Origin: Novakomyces olei
Taxonomy: Eukaryota
Length of the DNA: 64,000 bases
Reading direction: 5' to 3'
Assembly (NCBI GenBank): GCA_016906335.1
Contig: JADEYG010000002.1
Span: 186,001-250,000 of the forward strand
Every line of letters begins with the position of its first letter. Positions within the stretch are counted from its first letter, which is position 1. The notes under the pieces were generated by a model, which did no database searches, was not told the origin of the DNA, and saw nothing but the letters and a program-made list of their open reading frames with translations. Below are positions 16,901 to 28,560 of the stretch, piece by piece. Both the position numbers and the translations under genes were made by a program.

Positions 16901-19618
16901 AACAATCTCGGGGGCCATAAGGCCAATAATGTTGAAGGCCATCTCTTGCTGGCTAAACGTTCGCACACCAAACTTTTCTACACCCTCAGCGATAATATTG
17001 TTTTGGTTCATGAGACCAGTACCCCGGGTCCAGCCAATCACTGTTCCGCAAATGGTCAAGTACTGGCCCCAGCTCTCTGAAGCCCAACGGTTAAACAGCG
17101 TTTCCAGGCCCAATTTTGACTCAGAGTAAAGGCCATCGTTGCCAAAAGTCCCATGGTTCGGACTCAATGGCAGCAGCACTTGAGCCGGACGTGTATCGTA
17201 GCCACGCTCAGCTTTTTGTGTCTTTACATTGCCCAGTAGTCGCAGCAGGTTTGTCAGCATTATACGATGAGCCAGTTCTGAGCGTGAATCAATAGCATCA
17301 ATCTCCCTCCCATTTTCAGAGATTGCGGCAAAGGGAACCACGAAATCAAGGTCCCAGCCCAGCCCGTCTTTAGAGTCATAGATATAGTTTACCAGAGCAT
17401 CCACGTCCTGCTTAGATCCCTGGTTGAAGGGCACAACTACGAGGCAGGAGCCCCGGCTGCCATAGCGGGTAAATGTTGACTGGTAAAATTCTGTTACAGA
17501 GCGGGAATAGCGCGATGTAGTAATAATGACCTTTGCACCACCCGCAAGCAAGCCCTGCATGACTTGAGCACCGATTGATCCGGCACCACAGCCCGTCATT
17601 AGGATGTTTTTACCGGCAAAACTTACGCCATCTTTAGCGGCCTTTTCAAGGCACTCCAAGTAAACACTGGTCAAGTCTCGTGAGAACTCCCATTCCTGAC
17701 CCTCTTTATGCTTCAAGTGCAAAAAGGGGATAGTTTCCTTTGTTCGAGCCAATTTTCTTTGCTGTTTATTGCTGCCTCCAGTACGACCACCGGCTCGTCT
17801 TACATCGGGAGACTGATTGAACACTTCATCCGCCGATACGGAGAGAGCTCTAATGACCTCATTGTAAAGCGCCTTTATTTCAATACGGCTGTGCTTTGGC
17901 AATTTAGAGTTTTGGTCCCGGATCAAACGGTAGATTCGGCCCAAGTCGCTCTGTACTTTGTCCTTACTAGCGTACCGCGTAATCTTACCGCCCTGCGCCA
18001 TCTCCGTTACGTAATGCTCAAGCTTACGAACGCCCGGCCGAGGCTGTTCAGAGTAGGTAATGTCACCACGAGGGCTGATCTCCGTATGCGGACCCGTTGG
18101 GAAGCTGACGTCCTTGTAAACTGGATCAGAATCCAATACTTCTTTGCAATTCTCAATAAGCTGACGGCCCAAATTGGCGGCCAGTTCATAGGTTTCGCCC
18201 TTGTACGCTGGGCAGTGATCGATATTGTACTGCATGAAATCCAGGAGAGTAGGATTGGCACGGTTCATGACAGAAATACAGCGGGCAACAATCTCACGAT
18301 CAACGAGCTTGAGTCGGCCAAAGATGACATCAAAGTACATGCAAAGAGCATCTTGTCGAGCCCAATTCCACTCTGAATCGTAGACCCGGGCCTTGAGACG
18401 GTTGAAACTGGGAGCAATTCCTGCCGCATAAAACTCTCCATGCTCCTCTTCCCACAGATCTAATTGCTCTTGCAAGGCAGCAGAAACAGCCTGTTCCTTG
18501 ACAAAGGACTTGTCTCCAGCCCGAAGGTCTTTGTTGAGATAACGGGCAAACAGCTCTAGCTGGTGCGTGACCAGCATATCCTGGTTAGCCGTCAGTTTCT
18601 TGAACGTTGCCTCGTCAATTGTGCCTCCACCAGCTGCTCCAGCTCCTGCTCCAGCTCCAGCTCCAGCAGACCCGGCTGGCGCCAGTGTAATTCCGGCACG
18701 GGCAGCAAATTTCTGTGCCGCTGAATCTAAAAACGCTTTTGCTCCAGCTTCATCGCCAAACCGTGCAGGCGGCTCCATTGTCAGTGCTACAAGCAGCACA
18801 GAGTCCTGCCTGCCCGAGGGCAGACCCCATTGGCGGGACAAGTAATCACGAACAGCCGAGATGGAGAATCCACCGGGCATTTTGGACGCAATGAACCTCG
18901 ACACGAGTGACGACGTATGCTTACCGTACGATCCGTTAAACGTTGGCTGTAAGAGCCCAGCCAGCTCGTCCAATGGAGTTTCCTCTGGTTTTTCAGGCGT
19001 TGATCCAAACTCTTTTTGCAAGTCGCCCAGAATCTCGTTTTGCAGAGTCGATTTTCCACCCACCAGATCCTTGATTGCTTTCTGCAACGAGATTTCTTCC
19101 AATGATTTCTTTAGTTTCTGAGCTACAATTGCATGCAGAATTTCAACGGCTTTAACAGGCTCATCTTCGATTTGTGCAGCTGGTCCAGCTGCTGCTGCAG
19201 CTGCTGCTGGAGCCGCTGGAGCCGCTGGAGCCGCTGGAGCCGCTGGAGCCGCTGGAGTTGAAGCTGGAGCTGAATTAGAAGCTGAATTAGAAGTAGAATT
19301 AGAAGCAGCTGGAGCAGCTTCTGGAGCAGCTTCTTCAGGCTCAATCTGATAATAAATCTCCTTTGCGTCTTTGGCATAGCAAAGGATCCGGCGCTGCAAT
19401 CCCTTTGCGGCATCAAATGCCTCGTATTTCGATTTAAGAGTCCGATTGGCCATTCCCGCCAAGGTCGGGGTAGGGCCGATCTCGACAAGGCGCTCGATAG
19501 GCGGAGAAGTGAAGAGATGATCCTGAGTCTCGATCCATCTTACAGGCGAAGCAAACTGGTAAGCGAGCAGTTCCAAAAGCAGCGTGTGCGCGAGCTCTTG
19601 CTCGACTTGCGGGCGCAT
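13982..19618 (-). CDS. FAS2: Fatty acid synthase alpha subunit (ACP-KR-KS-PPT), intronless
   Basis: Starts [33 protein letters not shown] (ATG 19618, 1878 aa). ACP motif [41 protein letters not shown]-terminal PPT GVDVE...[11 protein letters not shown]. Confidence 0.98.
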   Translation of the reverse strand: MRPQVEQELAHTLLLELLAYQFASPVRWIETQDHLFTSPPIERLVEIGPTPTLAGMANRTLKSKYEAFDAAKGLQRRILCYAKDAKEIYYQIEPEEAAPEAAPAASNSTSNSASNSAPASTPAAPAAPAAPAAPAAPAAAAAAAGPAAQIEDEPVKAVEILHAIVAQKLKKSLEEISLQKAIKDLVGGKSTLQNEILGDLQKEFGSTPEKPEETPLDELAGLLQPTFNGSYGKHTSSLVSRFIASKMPGGFSISAVRDYLSRQWGLPSGRQDSVLLVALTMEPPARFGDEAGAKAFLDSAAQKFAARAGITLAPAGSAGAGAGAGAGAAGGGTIDEATFKKLTANQDMLVTHQLELFARYLNKDLRAGDKSFVKEQAVSAALQEQLDLWEEEHGEFYAAGIAPSFNRLKARVYDSEWNWARQDALCMYFDVIFGRLKLVDREIVARCISVMNRANPTLLDFMQYNIDHCPAYKGETYELAANLGRQLIENCKEVLDSDPVYKDVSFPTGPHTEISPRGDITYSEQPRPGVRKLEHYVTEMAQGGKITRYASKDKVQSDLGRIYRLIRDQNSKLPKHSRIEIKALYNEVIRALSVSADEVFNQSPDVRRAGGRTGGSNKQQRKLARTKETIPFLHLKHKEGQEWEFSRDLTSVYLECLEKAAKDGVSFAGKNILMTGCGAGSIGAQVMQGLLAGGAKVIITTSRYSRSVTEFYQSTFTRYGSRGSCLVVVPFNQGSKQDVDALVNYIYDSKDGLGWDLDFVVPFAAISENGREIDAIDSRSELAHRIMLTNLLRLLGNVKTQKAERGYDTRPAQVLLPLSPNHGTFGNDGLYSESKLGLETLFNRWASESWGQYLTICGTVIGWTRGTGLMNQNNIIAEGVEKFGVRTFSQQEMAFNIIGLMAPEIVDICQSEPVYANLNGGLEYLPDLKALFNKLRVELVETSEIRRAVVVENALDHSSENGAEAERVSKQKFIEPRANMKFAFPRVKSFDELKPLHERLEGMVDLERVVVVTGFSEVGPWGNSRTRWEMEAYGEFSLEGCIEMAWIMGLIKHFNGTLKANGKQYSGWVDAKTAEPVDDRDVKSKYEKQILDHSGIRLIEPELFDGYDPNKKSLVQEVQVDHDLEPFEASAETAHEFKNMHGDKVEIFEIKETGEWTVRFRRGATLMIPKALKFDRLVAGQIPLGWSAKHYGIPDDIISQVDPTTLYVLVSTVEAMVASGVTDPYEFYKFIHVSELGNTIGSGVGGMSALRGMYKDRWTEKPVQKDILQESFINTAAAWVNMLLMSASGPIKTPVGACATAVESVEMACDTILSGKAKVVIAGGYDDFSEEGSYEFANMGATSNGRAELARGREPGEMSRPTTTTRNGFMESQGAGVHILMQAKLAIEMGVPIYGIVAMTNTAMDKEGRSVPAPGRGVLTAAKEVSGKYPSPLLDIKYRRRQLQLRRQHIKQWAESEYMYLEDEISAIESEGNQVEDADAYRQHRAAHIEQQIARQEREAQQSWGNSFYVGDSRIAPLRGALAVWGLGIDDLDVVSFHGTSTVANDKNESDVISSQLKHLGRTKGNAVMGIFQKYLTGHPKGGAAAWMLNGALQVLESGLVPGNRNADNVDRHLARYDNIVYPSRSIQTDGIKAVSVMSFGFGQVGGQVVVVHPDYLFATLDRHTFEQYEGRRQDRYRKSYRYTHNALVNNDLFKAKTEPPYSEKLEKKVYLDPLVRAVEDKKHHISFKPESGRPEHTSTSQVRELAEHLAKATIGNGTNVGVDVELISSISMENETFLARNFTAAERKYCDAAASPRSSYAGTWSAKEAVFKSLGVKSQGGGASLLDIEILREENGAPRVELHGAALKAANSVGVKTVKVSISHDEYQSVSVAVSDK

Positions 19619-20516
19619 ATTAGAGCAGCGTCGGCTCTTGTACGTTTGCTCGTACAATTGTACGTACGTTTGCCTTCGTATCCTTCTTTTCCACAGTCCT
19701 GAAATAATGTATACTAAACCCTATAAAATATGGGTATACTTAACCCTATAATATTTAGGGTACACTTGTGCCCATACAAAAGGGTACAGCAGTCGCGAGC
19801 TCGACTCTCAGGCTCTACCTTAAACCCGGCGCGGACCATAAATATCCGGAGTAACGGGACCGTGAGAACTGTTGAGGGTGTGCGCAGCGAGATTATTGAC
19901 ACAACTGACAAGTATACGTGGACGGTAGGGTGTCGCTTACATAGCCCGTTGCGTGTCGTTTCCCAATTCGGGTAATGTATGTGGAATTTGGGCGCGCGCT
20001 ATTGGCCACGTTGCCACGACGTAATTTACTTGCAGAGCGACGGTGGAGTCTCGAGCTGGTCACACGCGGCATTCACGCATTTATTCGTATATACGTGAGA
20101 GTTGGGATAGCAACGTGGCATAAACTACAGACTTCCGGACAAATACACTGGAAATTGTTGAAATTTGTTTGTCTAGCTGTTTGTTTATTTGTTTATTTAT
20201 TTGTATTTATATTTGATTTATTTATATGTTTGTTTGTATATTTGTATATCTATATATCTATATTTGTTGTTTATTTATTTGCAGACCTGTTACTCTTCCG
20301 TCGTTTCTGCAAGCCGTGCTAGAGCCAAGGTGACTCTTAATAAAAGATAAATATGGACGCCGACTCGACGGAAAGCCACTTTAGCCATTTGCTATCCACA
20401 AACCCTGACTGACCCTTTCCCCTGCATTACCGTATTCGTGTACTTTACGGCCGTTTGCTTAATTGGGACCAGCGATAAATTTCCTCTGTGGTTTTTACAC
20501 GCCGCACGACAAATCA

Positions 20517-21062
20517 GTAAGAGTTGATTATATTTGTATAGTATTTGTTATATTGTGCTGTAATCTATAATATTTTATGGATTATATCGTACTTAGGATA
20601 GTGTTTATTTTATAGGATTGTATTTTATAGGATTGTATTTTATAGGATTGTATTTTATAGGATTGTATTTTCTAGGATAGGATTGTATTTTTTAGTATAG
20701 TATAGTATAGTATTTTATAGTATAGTATTTTATAGTATAGTATTTTGTAGTATATGTGTATGAGCCGTAATTTATAGTATATATTTATTATTGCCATTAT
20801 TATTCAATCACTGCAAAGAGCAATTCTCCTATCCAACCGCCTTACGAGTCCTTTGCTTGTATTGGCACGCGTTTTAGGTACGATCACGTCCGTTCATCGA
20901 GTGCTACTGCCTTTGATTTAGAGTCCTTTTATTTACATTTCTCTTGATCTCTTTTTTTTTCTCCTTTTTTCCTCTTTTTTTCCTCTTTTCCCCCCCTTTT
21001 GCCCATTGCCTCTCTTTCTCTATCAGCTTTGCTCTCATTTACTGCTCTGCTAACAGCCAAAG
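20517..21062 (+). other. Probable 5'-UTR intron of FAS1
   Basis: Branch point GCTAAC 21049 and AAG 21060-21062, 15 nt before the ATG; long pyrimidine tract 20925-21035. Candidate donors GTAAGA 20517 or GTACGA 20878. Confidence 0.55.
20606..20752. repeat. Tandem repeats (TTATAGGATTGTATT)n and (TATAG/TATTT)n in FAS2-FAS1 spacer
   Basis: 15-bp unit x4-5 followed by TATAG-based units. Confidence 0.85.
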
Positions 21063-21077
21063 CTGCGTGTATCCCCA

Positions 21078-24000
21078 ATGGAGACCGGTGCGCAGACGCC
21101 GCATTCGGCCTCATCGCCGCGCTCCTTCAATGTCCTGTTTGAACAGGTTTCGCATTCGTTTCTTATTCCCTCTGGCTTATACGCTCCTGCGACACAGCTG
21201 CGTAACGAGTTTGTAGACCGCCTTTCACGGCTCTCCTCTGGGACAGACGTGCTGGAAGACGAAGGGTCCCCCCTTGAAGTCGTGGATGCAGCTCAGCTTA
21301 TTGGCCTTTTTCTCGGATTTTTGACGGATACGAAGGAGGCCGATGTAGCGCCCATACTATCCATCGTTCTCACGGAGTTTGAACGCACTTTTCTCGCTGG
21401 CAACGATGTCCATTCGCTCGCTGCCAAGATCGATCTGCCTGCCGCTGATGCTCGTCGTCTTGTACGTGACTATTTGCGCTCTAGAGCCGTTCTTCATCGG
21501 CCTTTTAAGGGCCACGAGAGTGCTTTAGTACGCTCGGCCACGCAGAAACCCGCTCCTGGCCCGCAAGAGTCTAAAGTGTTTGCCATCTTTGGCGGACAGG
21601 GCTACGAAGAATACTTTGAAGAACTCGTGGCCAATTACAATACGTATGAGCCGTTAGTGGCAGATTTTGTACGTCAGCAAGCTGGTTACTTGCAGAGTCT
21701 CGCTGCCATTGAACGCGATCCCTTCCACAAGGGCTTAGATGTGCTCCGCTGGATAACTGATCCTGCCTCCCGTCCGGACACAGACTACCTCGTCTCTGCG
21801 CCTGTCAGTCTGCCTATTATTGGCCTTTCGCAATTGGTCAATTACCTTATTGTCGTCCGTGTCCTCGGCCTAACACCGGGCGAGTTCCGGCGCAAACTGT
21901 CTGGCGCAACTGGCCATTCTCAGGGAGTAATTACCGCTGTAGCAATTGCCGCCTCAGAGACATGGGCCGATTTTGAAAAGAATTCAAAAGTCTGTATTGA
22001 GCTTCTGTTCTGGCTCGGTTCCCTGTCGGACAAGGCTTACCCTGCCACGTCATTGCCTCCGTCAGTGCTGACAGACTCATTGGCAGAAAATGAAGGACAC
22101 CCTTTCCCAATGCTGTCCATCCGCGATCTGCCTCGTGGCCGACTGGACAAGGAGATTGAGGCTACAAACTCCCATTTGCCGGACGCTGCCAAGATCCAGG
22201 TCTCGCTGGTCAATGGGCCGAGGAACGTTGTTGTTTCCGGTCCACCTAAATCGCTCTACGGCCTCAACTTGGCTCTCCGAAAGAGCAAGGCCTCTGCTGG
22301 AGAAAACCAGGCACGAGTGCCCCATTCAAAGCGCAAGATCAGGTTCTCCACCCGTTTCCTCCACATTACTCTGCCCTTCCACGGCAAGTACGTTGGCTCT
22401 GCTCGTGAACCCGTTTTGAGCAGAGTCGTGGAGCGTAGTCTCGCCTTTACCGGCCCACTAACGATCCCCGTTTACTCTACATTCGACGGCCACGACATTT
22501 CCGGAGCAGAGGGCAAAGACCCTCAATCCTTGATGCAATGCCTCGTCGATTTGATCCTTACTCTGCCCGTAAACTGGGAAGTAGCTACCCGGTTCCCTCA
22601 TGCCACTCATATTATCGACTTTGGCCCTGGAGAAATTGGAGGAATCGGCTTCCTCACTCAGCGCAACAAGGACGGCCTCGGCATCCGTGTCATCTTTGCC
22701 AGCTCCTTTACCGGCGGAGAGTGTGGAGCCAAGAGCGAGCTCTTTGACCGTACTGAAGGCAGCATTTACCGTGCAATTAACTGGACAGACGCCTTCCATC
22801 CTCGTCTTGTCCGCACGCTTACCGGCAGAGTCGTAGTGGATACGAGAATGTCGAGATTGCTGGGACTGCCGCCCGTAATGGTGGCCGGAATGACGCCCTG
22901 TACGGTGCCGTGGGAGTTTGTTCGGGATACGATGAATGCCGGGTACCATATTGAACTCGCTGGAGGCGGCTATTACTCTCCGGCTCAGCTGGAAGAAGCG
23001 TGTAGGCAGATTGAGGCGAGTACTGTCCCCGGGCAGGGTATTACGCTCAACTGCATCTACATTAACCCTAGAACTTTTGGCTGGCAGATTGCTCTCGTCA
23101 AACGGCTGAGAGCTCAGGGAGTCGCTATCGTGGGCCTTACTGTCGCTGCTGGAATCCCTTCCATTGAGGTTGCTGGAGAGCTGATTAGCGATTTAGGCGT
23201 CCGTTTTCTCGGGCTCAAACCGGGCAGTGCCGAGGCCATTTCTCAGACTATTGCCATTGCTAGAGCTCACCCGGATTTCCCTATCGTCTGCCAGTGGACG
23301 GGCGGACGTGCCGGTGGCCATCATTCGTACGAAGACTTTCATACGCCCATGCTCAGCATGTACACAGGGCTGAGAAAATGCCGAAACATTGTGCTTGTTG
23401 CCGGCTCCGGGTTTGGTGGAGCCGACGATACTCTGCCTTACCTGACTGGCGAATGGTCGGCCAAGTTCAACCATCCGCGTATGCCCTTTGACGGAGTGTT
23501 GCTGGCTTCCAGGGTAATGGTGGCCAAGGAGGCCAAGACTTCACTGGGGGCCAAACAGGCTATCGTGGATGCGCCTGGAGTAGGCGATGATGAGTGGGAA
23601 AAGACGTACAGTGGACCCGCTGGAGGCATTATCACTGTCCGATCAGAGCTGGGTGAGCCTATCCACAAACTGGCAACTCGAGGCATCTTGCTCTGGCGAG
23701 AGCTGGACGATACGATTTTTGCTCTGCCCAAACCCAAGCGGCTGGAAGCCATCTTGAACAAGAAGGATTACCTGATCAAACGGCTGAATGACGATTTCCA
23801 AAAGACTTATTTTCCTGCTCATTTAGTGCATCGCAAAGCGGACAATGAGAAATGGGAATGGACAGCTGTGCAAGACTTGGAGGATATGACGTACGGAGAA
23901 GTCGCTTACCGCCTTGTTGACCTCACATTTGTGCTGCACGAAGGCCGCTGGATCGATAAAACGCTACGTAATCTTGTCGGCGACTGGATCCACAGGGTGG

Positions 24001-27000
24001 AAGAGCGGTTCACCCGGCAGGACGGCAAGCCCTCACTGCTGCAGTCCTTTGCTGAGCTGGAAAAGCCCTTTCCACGAATCAACGAGGTACTGTCCGCTTA
24101 TCCTGAAGCAGGCACTCAGCTGCTTAATGCACAGGACAGTCAGTATTTCCTTACTCTGTGCCAACGACGTGGCCAGAAACCGGTGCCGTTTGTCCCAGTT
24201 TTGGACGAGAATCTGGAGGTTTATTTCAAGAAGGATTCGCTGTGGCAGAGTGAGGATCTGGAGGCCGTTGTTGGCCAGGACGTTGGCCGAGTAGCCATCT
24301 TGCAGGGGCCAATGGCCGCTCAGCACTCCAAGATTGTCAATGAGCCAATCAAGCATATCCTCGACGGCATTCACAATGCCCATATAGCGGCCCTCAAGTC
24401 CCGCTACTATGGCGACGACGAGAGCAGAATTCCTACCGTCGAGTACTTTGGCGGCAATTCGCCCGACGAGTTTGATCAGGCTCCAGGAGACGTGCTTGCT
24501 CCTTTGCCTGCTGTTTTCCAGGGACGCGTTAAAATCGTGAGGGATCCTTCTTCTAATGCTAGTGGCAATGCTAATGCTAATGCTAATGCCAATGCCAATA
24601 ACAATGCTAATGCCAATAGCAATAGCAATAACAATAGCCATGGCTATAGCAATAGCAATAGCAATAACAATAACAATGGCAATGGCAATAGCAATAACAA
24701 TAACAATAGCCATGGCTATAGCCATGGCTATGGCAATGGCAAGCAGGTCCTGAGCCTGAGCAGTGAGCCAAATAATGGACCCCTGCCAGACCTTGATTCC
24801 TGGATCAGCTACTTGGGCGGCCCAACACGGTCGTGGCGCCGGGCGCTGTTTGTTTCGGAAAACATAGTACAGGGCACAAAGCTGGAGTCGAACCCTCTGC
24901 GCCGGATCTTTGCGCCGAGGTACGGACAAGTCGTAGAGATTGAGGAAGTAGAGAATGAGAAAGTAGGCAGGAGCACAATACTGCGCCTTTATGAGCGGCA
25001 GAGTAGTGGTCCCGTGTTGGCAGTGGCAGTTGAGCAGATTGAGCGAGGACTGATCCGGGTAAACATGTACGAGAACCGTAATGCTTTAGGGAAACTAGTG
25101 GCACTGCCTCTGTATTTCACGTACAATCCAGACGCTGGATTTGCTCCCATCAGAGAGGTGTTGGAGGGCCGTAATCTCAACATTAAACGGTTCTACTGGA
25201 CTCTGTGGTTTGGCGATGAGCCTTTTCCAGAGCAATTAAAGTCTACTGAAACGTTTGAAGGAGAAGAGACGACTGTCCGGGGCAAAGACATTGACGCTTT
25301 TTGCCACGTTGTGGGTAACCATGCAGAGGCGTACGTTAAACGGCCGAGTTCAGCGGCAGCTAGATTGGCACCTTTGGATTTCAGTATCGTTGTAGGATGG
25401 AAGTCTATAATAAAGGCAATTTTCCCAGCGGATATTGACGGAGATATGCTGCGGCTGGTACACTTGTCCAACGGCTTCCGCCTGTGCCCTGGCGCCTCTT
25501 TGCTCCGAGAGGGCGATCGTGTCTGCACACGGGCCAAGATAAGTGCAGTTACAAACAGCGATTCTGGCAAAACTGTAGAGGTCGTGGGCACAATTTACAG
25601 GGAGGAAAAACCCGTTATTGAAGTCTTGTCAAAGTTCCTTTTCCGAGGGCAGTTTACAGACTTTGAAAACACGTTTGCCCACACTCGGCAAGTGCCTGTC
25701 AGTGTCCGACTGCCCTCTCAGCGGGACGTGGCCGTCCTCTGCTCAAAGGAATGGTTCGCCTTAAACGACCCTTCGCTGGACTTGACCGGCTGTGAGCTTA
25801 CATTCAAACTGCAGAGCTATATCCGCTACGCCAGCAAGACGATCATGAGGCGGGTAGAGACACGGGGCCAAGTGCTGTTGGAGCTGCCTACAAAGGAAGT
25901 TGTACAGGTGGCCTCTGTCGAGTACGAGGCCGATAATGCGTATGGCAATCCGGTAATGGCCTACCTCGAACGCCACGGCCGTCCGCTGGATCAGCCAGTG
26001 GCATTGGAGAGTGGAGGCTACAACGTCATACAGATCCCAGAGGCAGTTTACAGCAGCTCAACAGTGACTCCGCCCTCCAACTCGGCCTATGCGGAAGTCT
26101 CGGGCGACTATAACCCGATCCACGTGTCCCCCACGTTTGCCGCTTACGTCAGTCTGCCGGGAATTGACGGGATAACGCACGGGATGTACACGTCAGCGGC
26201 CACTCGGATCTTTGTAGAGACTTTTGCTGCTGAAAATGCTCCTGAGCGGGTTACTGCGTACGATATAGTGTTTTTGGATATGGTTTTGCCCAACAGCAGA
26301 CTGCAGACAAAGCTGTCGCATACGGGGATGAGTAAAGGCCGCAAGATTATCAAAGTAGAGACTATAAATGCCGACACTGGCGCCAAAGTAATTGAGGGTA
26401 CTGCGGAAGTAGAGCCGCCGAGTACGGCTTACGTTTTTACAGGCCAAGGCTCACAGGAGCAAGGAATGGGAATGGATTTGTACGAGTCGAGTGCCGTTGC
26501 TCGCAGCATCTGGGACAGGGCAGACCTGCACTTTTGCGAGAGCTATGGCTTCTCTATCCTCAATATCGTACGCAACAATCCAAAGCAGTTTACCGTCCAT
26601 TTCGGTGGCGGTAAAGGCCGAGCAATTAGGGACAATTACATGAATATGGTGTACGAGACAGTAGGGCCGGACGGGAGTGTGGAGAGTACTCCAATTTTCA
26701 AGGAAATAACGCTGAGGAGCACTTGTTACACTTTCACTTCGCCAAATGGACTGCTGTACGCTACACAGTTTACTCAGCCAGCGCTTACGCTGATGGAAAA
26801 GGCCGCCTTTGAGGATATGCGGTCCCGTGGCCTTGTGCAGGACGACTGTACTTTTGCCGGCCATTCTTTGGGCGAGTACTCGGCCCTCGCAGCTATGGGA
26901 GACGTAATGCCTATAGAGTCCCTCGTAGACGTTGTCTTCTTCCGCGGCCTCACTATGCAGGTCGCAGTCGAGCGCGATGAGCAGGGCCGGTCTGATTATG

Positions 27001-27608
27001 CCATGGTAGCAGTTAACCCTAGCCGTATCTCCAAAACGTTTACTGACGCCATTCTGCGCTACGTTGTGGACAAGATTGCTGAGCAGAATGCACAGCTGCT
27101 CGAGATTGTAAACTACAACGTCGAAAATCAGCAGTACGTTACTGCTGGAGAGCTAACCGCCCTCGATACTTTGGCCAATGTGCTCAATTTCATTAAAGTG
27201 CAGAATATTGACATTACAAAGCTGCAAAAATTGCTCTCCATGGAAGAGCTGAATGAGCATTTGAAGGAGATTATCGCCGAGTGCACTGAGCGCAGCGTAC
27301 GGAAAAGGGAGGCAGAAGGGTTCCTCAAACTCGAGCGTGGCTATGCGACTATTCCGCTTGCTATCGACGTGCCTTTCCACTCCTCTTTTCTCCGCAGCGG
27401 AGTTCGGCCTTTCCGGCAGTACCTCGGGAAACGGATTTTGCGTACTCAGATCGATCCACACAAGCTCGTCGGCAAGTACATCCCGAACGTTACCGCCAAG
27501 CCTTTTGAGATTTCAAAGGCCTACTTTGAAGAGGTCTACAAGCTCACTGGGTCGGCCCGGCTCGGACAGATTATAAACAACTGGGACAAGTACGAGGAGC
27601 CGGCTTGA
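21078..27608 (+). CDS. FAS1: Fatty acid synthase beta subunit (AT-ER-DH-MPT), uninterrupted ORF
   Basis: 2176 aa. FGGQG, AT GHSQG, ER VAGMTP and TGGRAGGHHS, DH SGDYNPIH, MPT FTGQGSQ, GHSLGEY, VPFHS. Confidence 0.98.
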   Translation: METGAQTPHSASSPRSFNVLFEQVSHSFLIPSGLYAPATQLRNEFVDRLSRLSSGTDVLEDEGSPLEVVDAAQLIGLFLGFLTDTKEADVAPILSIVLTEFERTFLAGNDVHSLAAKIDLPAADARRLVRDYLRSRAVLHRPFKGHESALVRSATQKPAPGPQESKVFAIFGGQGYEEYFEELVANYNTYEPLVADFVRQQAGYLQSLAAIERDPFHKGLDVLRWITDPASRPDTDYLVSAPVSLPIIGLSQLVNYLIVVRVLGLTPGEFRRKLSGATGHSQGVITAVAIAASETWADFEKNSKVCIELLFWLGSLSDKAYPATSLPPSVLTDSLAENEGHPFPMLSIRDLPRGRLDKEIEATNSHLPDAAKIQVSLVNGPRNVVVSGPPKSLYGLNLALRKSKASAGENQARVPHSKRKIRFSTRFLHITLPFHGKYVGSAREPVLSRVVERSLAFTGPLTIPVYSTFDGHDISGAEGKDPQSLMQCLVDLILTLPVNWEVATRFPHATHIIDFGPGEIGGIGFLTQRNKDGLGIRVIFASSFTGGECGAKSELFDRTEGSIYRAINWTDAFHPRLVRTLTGRVVVDTRMSRLLGLPPVMVAGMTPCTVPWEFVRDTMNAGYHIELAGGGYYSPAQLEEACRQIEASTVPGQGITLNCIYINPRTFGWQIALVKRLRAQGVAIVGLTVAAGIPSIEVAGELISDLGVRFLGLKPGSAEAISQTIAIARAHPDFPIVCQWTGGRAGGHHSYEDFHTPMLSMYTGLRKCRNIVLVAGSGFGGADDTLPYLTGEWSAKFNHPRMPFDGVLLASRVMVAKEAKTSLGAKQAIVDAPGVGDDEWEKTYSGPAGGIITVRSELGEPIHKLATRGILLWRELDDTIFALPKPKRLEAILNKKDYLIKRLNDDFQKTYFPAHLVHRKADNEKWEWTAVQDLEDMTYGEVAYRLVDLTFVLHEGRWIDKTLRNLVGDWIHRVEERFTRQDGKPSLLQSFAELEKPFPRINEVLSAYPEAGTQLLNAQDSQYFLTLCQRRGQKPVPFVPVLDENLEVYFKKDSLWQSEDLEAVVGQDVGRVAILQGPMAAQHSKIVNEPIKHILDGIHNAHIAALKSRYYGDDESRIPTVEYFGGNSPDEFDQAPGDVLAPLPAVFQGRVKIVRDPSSNASGNANANANANANNNANANSNSNNNSHGYSNSNSNNNNNGNGNSNNNNNSHGYSHGYGNGKQVLSLSSEPNNGPLPDLDSWISYLGGPTRSWRRALFVSENIVQGTKLESNPLRRIFAPRYGQVVEIEEVENEKVGRSTILRLYERQSSGPVLAVAVEQIERGLIRVNMYENRNALGKLVALPLYFTYNPDAGFAPIREVLEGRNLNIKRFYWTLWFGDEPFPEQLKSTETFEGEETTVRGKDIDAFCHVVGNHAEAYVKRPSSAAARLAPLDFSIVVGWKSIIKAIFPADIDGDMLRLVHLSNGFRLCPGASLLREGDRVCTRAKISAVTNSDSGKTVEVVGTIYREEKPVIEVLSKFLFRGQFTDFENTFAHTRQVPVSVRLPSQRDVAVLCSKEWFALNDPSLDLTGCELTFKLQSYIRYASKTIMRRVETRGQVLLELPTKEVVQVASVEYEADNAYGNPVMAYLERHGRPLDQPVALESGGYNVIQIPEAVYSSSTVTPPSNSAYAEVSGDYNPIHVSPTFAAYVSLPGIDGITHGMYTSAATRIFVETFAAENAPERVTAYDIVFLDMVLPNSRLQTKLSHTGMSKGRKIIKVETINADTGAKVIEGTAEVEPPSTAYVFTGQGSQEQGMGMDLYESSAVARSIWDRADLHFCESYGFSILNIVRNNPKQFTVHFGGGKGRAIRDNYMNMVYETVGPDGSVESTPIFKEITLRSTCYTFTSPNGLLYATQFTQPALTLMEKAAFEDMRSRGLVQDDCTFAGHSLGEYSALAAMGDVMPIESLVDVVFFRGLTMQVAVERDEQGRSDYAMVAVNPSRISKTFTDAILRYVVDKIAEQNAQLLEIVNYNVENQQYVTAGELTALDTLANVLNFIKVQNIDITKLQKLLSMEELNEHLKEIIAECTERSVRKREAEGFLKLERGYATIPLAIDVPFHSSFLRSGVRPFRQYLGKRILRTQIDPHKLVGKYIPNVTAKPFEISKAYFEEVYKLTGSARLGQIINNWDKYEEPA

Positions 27609-27651
27609 GATCCTCTGCCACGCCGTTTGGCGCATGCACAATTTGCTCTAG

Positions 27652-27885
27652 TTTATTTGATTAATTAATTATTTTATTTGATTAATTAATTATTTTGTTA
27701 TTTTATTTAATTAATTCAATTAATCAATTGATTATTTTATTTAATTAATTAATTGATTATTTTATTTAATTAATTAGTTTATTATTTTATTTAATTAATT
27801 ATTTTATTTTATTTTATTTTATTTTATTTTATTTTATTTTATTTTATTTTATTTTATTTTATTTTATTTTATTTTATTTTAATTG
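27652..27885. repeat. AT-rich degenerate tandem repeat plus (TTTTA)n downstream of FAS1
   Basis: TTAATTAATTATTTTATT-like units followed by an ATTTT array. Confidence 0.85.
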
Positions 27886-28307
27886 ATTTTAGTTTATTTA
27901 TTACTTGTTTTAAACTCGTTTTTAAACTCGTTTTCGTTTCCGAATTCTTCATCGGCTTTGCATCGGCTCGTAAGATCAAACTCAATGGGCCGGGAAGTAC
28001 GGTTGGCGGGGCTCAGTCGCGCCAATTGCCCTACTGCCTTCCTCTGTCTAGTTCATCTCATCTTTTCTCCTCCAATTATGTTATAGTGTGTGTTGTCTGT
28101 TGGCTGCAGGGTGAGGGTTACCAGTCGTTCCGTCTCCATCTTGCTGCCCTTTTTTATCATTCATTTCAGGAAATAATAATTACAATGAAAAATCTATTCT
28201 TTTGAGAGCTGTAGACTCGTATCCCTTTCGCCCATTAAAGCCGCGCCTAAGTTACGCCAGTCTCGTTCCAATCACTCAATGTGAGTCGTAAACTCGATCC
28301 AATAATA

Positions 28308-28443
<136 letters not shown>

Positions 28444-28560
28444 CCTTCCTTGTGGACAGTCTTTCAATCTGCTACGAATAGATCTATAAGAATTACTTCC
28501 AAATCTACAAACAATCATTCCCTCAACACGCGGCGCCTACTTTTATCTTACTATCCAACA

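Noticed and set aside
19619..19657. N-terminal extension of FAS2 given by the ORF track
   Set aside because: It begins at a non-ATG codon; the conserved start [11 protein letters not shown] is at 19618.
24033..24929. 298-aa antisense ORF in FAS1 and other long antisense ORFs over FAS2, NTE1 and the C2 genes
   Set aside because: Shadow ORFs from codon bias and repeats on the opposite strand; no recognisable motifs.
13982..27608. FAS pair as a secondary-metabolite cluster
   Set aside because: No PKS, NRPS, P450, transporter or cluster transcription factor nearby; neighbours are housekeeping genes.
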